From Thalia democratica (Eukaryota), in assembly GCA_965202585.1 (NCBI GenBank), contig OZ241826.1:29760001-29824000 (forward strand): 64,000 nt of DNA. Direction: 5' to 3'. Numbering within the stretch: position 1 is the stretch's first letter; every line of letters begins with the position of its first letter. A program made the translations under genes and the position numbers. Positions 61,366 through 64,000 of this stretch are shown here, piece by piece. Below the pieces are notes generated by a model. That model saw only the letters and a list, made by a program, of their open reading frames with translations. It was not told the origin of the DNA and did no database searches.

Positions 61366-64000
61366 CAGAGCCACAGTAGACTTAATGGGGAATAGTGTTA
61401 AATAGTTGATTATGAAACACTCAGGAAAATTTAAGCGATCGACAGGAAGCAGGACAAAATCTAGGATACTGACTGATTCTGCGCGTGAGAGAATATGAAT
61501 GGAAGGTCACGATGCAGACGAATAGGAATATCTTTAGACCAGTTTTGAAGAAATCTTGTTTCTACATAATTCAGCTCATTCGGAAGACATCAATTAATCT
61601 GTTAGTAACTATTTTATTTTTTCATTAATTAATAATTTTCTTTTTATTTTTTTTTAATCATTACTACTTGGTATTATAATTAAATAAACAATAAGTAGAG
61701 ATGTTGAAATTTTTATATTATTAAACAAATATATGATTGCTTAAATTAAAACTTATAATTCAAAGTTTGAAGCTTATATGTTATTATAGTATGTGGGTTG
61801 ACTAAAATTGAGTACTTTCATTTGAAAAAATAGAGAAACATTATTAGAAACACATTAAGACACATGTAACGTTATCCTACGTTTTAAAACAAATTACTTT
61901 TCGAATAATATTAACAGTTATGACTTCACTCAATAATTATTGTTATCAATATAGACTTCGATTCTTTAAACGAGAAATTTTTTTGATTTTTTTTTTTGAT
62001 GTTTTGTTATGTTTCACACCGTAACTATAAAATATTGATACGAGATATTAAAGATGATAATAATTAAACAGAACAGTGATGATATTTATAAAATGATTTT
62101 TTATATAATTTTGACATAATATATAGTTAGGTAACTTCGGATTTGCTTAAGTGCAAATTAATATTTATTAGATTCATTTTTGTTCAAAATATCAAAACAT
62201 TTAAATGTTTTTGTTTGTTACTACAACATAGTAATTTTTAAGTTGTTCTATTTTTCATATGTTTAGTTGGTAAAATAAAAAAATTAATATAAAAAGTACA
62301 TAAAATTAAAAGGTATGAAAAAAAAACCATAAAAAATTGCAAATATTATATTATAAAAAAATATAAAAAAGTTTTATTGTTTACATTTACAAACTAATTA
62401 ACTATGTCATGTGTATTATTATGTTGCTATTATTATTGTTAGTGTGGTTTTCATTAAGAATATAAGAAGTGTAGAATATTTTAGTATATTCTAACTACAA
62501 CTTATGTATAATAAACTACACAATACTTAATAACTTTAAAAATGTTTATTTTCAAACTTTAAATTATTACGATACAATCTTATAACCTAACTTTTAATTT
62601 TTTTAACAACTTGTTTTATTTTAAAGTTTGTGAACAACGGAAGGAGTTTAAATTATTTTAACTGCACCTGTTACTGATAAAATTCCCGTCGTATGAAAAA
62701 TCGAATTTGTTAAGATAAAATTTTAGCAGTAAAATTGTACTTTAATCATAAACAAATAGGAGTACTGGTTGACAGTATTTGAAAACTTTCACATAAAAAA
62801 ATTGTCAAAAATAATTTTTTCAAACAATAACAAAATAAAACTTGATATTTCGTTTTACAAGCATCTGATAATTTTTTATAGTTACTGTCGAAAAAGATAA
62901 ACTTTCTTATCAATTTAAATTTCAGTTGGATTTTATTTTTTTTATCGGTAAAATCTAAAACGTTAGGAGTAAATAACAATTGTTAAATTCTATAACATCT
63001 GGCTTTAATTTATTTAGTATGGCGTTTGACTATAAATCGATAACAAAACAGAACCTAAAAATACTATGAAGTTTTTCTTAACAAAACACTTTATTTTATT
63101 AATTAATTGTCTCATTGTTCTCTTGTAACATAGCATGAAAAAAATAAAACTTAATTAAATTCAATTGATATATTACGTCACATTGTACGGCAAACTTGTA
63201 GTTTAATAATTAGTTTTCTCTGTAGGTTTAAAATTATTTTAAATACTTATAGTGATTTATATCTATTGATAAAGTTATAATGATAATTCAGTAAAAAGTT
63301 AATTAATACATTTAATATTTAACTATTGATTGCTATAATGATACAAGAACTATCAAACATATTTCTGTGAACATAGATTAAAAAAAAACTGTTATCATTT
63401 AATTATTTTCATTAAATTATCTAAGTAATATAATAAATATTTTGCTTTAATAACTTATTAATTTAGTTTATTAAAATGAATTATAAAAAAATATAAAGTA
63501 TGAGTAGCTTTATCTTTTTTTTAACAATCTTACTTAATGCCTAAAAAATTACACTAATGTTTTCTTAAAAAGTGTATAAAAATAGGTATATAAACTTTTG
63601 ATTATAGCTTAACAAGCGGTGGTGATTTGTTGAGGTAACAGTAATGTTGATATTATGCATAGGGCATTTTATGGGTTTGAGCATCGATGGAGGACTTTCG
63701 TTGTCTTAAACTACAAATTACTTATTAAGTTTATTCTCTTTATGTCATGCTTAGAAGTATATTATGATTTATAGTTACTATATGTATAGTCTGTCTGTTG
63801 TAGTTTTCATATTACTTATCTTATTTTTTTTTTCTTGTATATATATATTGTTGATGTTATTTGGTTTTATAATAAAGAAATTTTGGTTTAAAAAAAAAAG
63901 CGCAAAGTTCTGGTCCTTTTTAAATTGCTAGTTTAACTACTTAACTCGTAAGCAACTTCGCATGGCATGTTAACAGTGAATTTTCAGCTTCTCTTAATGC

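Noticed and set aside
59467-64000. Short AT-rich ORFs (60657..60962, 62746..62979) and similar 60-100 aa ORFs elsewhere
   Set aside because: F/L/I/K/N-rich composition typical of random AT-rich DNA; no motifs or splice support.

Overview
Very AT-rich, repeat-dense eukaryotic DNA, probably an invertebrate animal (GT-AG introns, AATAAA signals; species not determinable). No rRNA, tRNA or CRISPR array was seen. Two intact intronless ORFs stand out as GC-richer than their flanks: a BACK-Kelch protein without a full BTB domain (18847-20319) and a Ulp1/C48 SUMO-type protease (49332-50186). Most other host-type genes carry lesions: two RING E3 genes, a spliced protein-kinase-like gene, a multi-exon gene built from duplicated exons, and a membrane-anchored repeat protein. 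Retroelements are a 5'-truncated Penelope-like element (RT plus C-terminal GIY-YIG), a decayed CsRn1-like Ty3/Gypsy element, a 5' fragment of a related Gypsy element and a possible third fragment. There are also MITEs (one with a nested pogo/Tigger-like insertion), Helentron/HINE-like repeats and two long palindromes. Best leads: (1) three different hammerhead-ribozyme motifs, one with the C3-G8 tertiary pair swapped to G3-C8 and one capping a 45-bp stem; (2) a shared candidate primer-binding site TGGCGTCCTC that is read through in frame by a gag-like ORF starting inside the LTR. All alignments and folds were done by eye and need computational confirmation.
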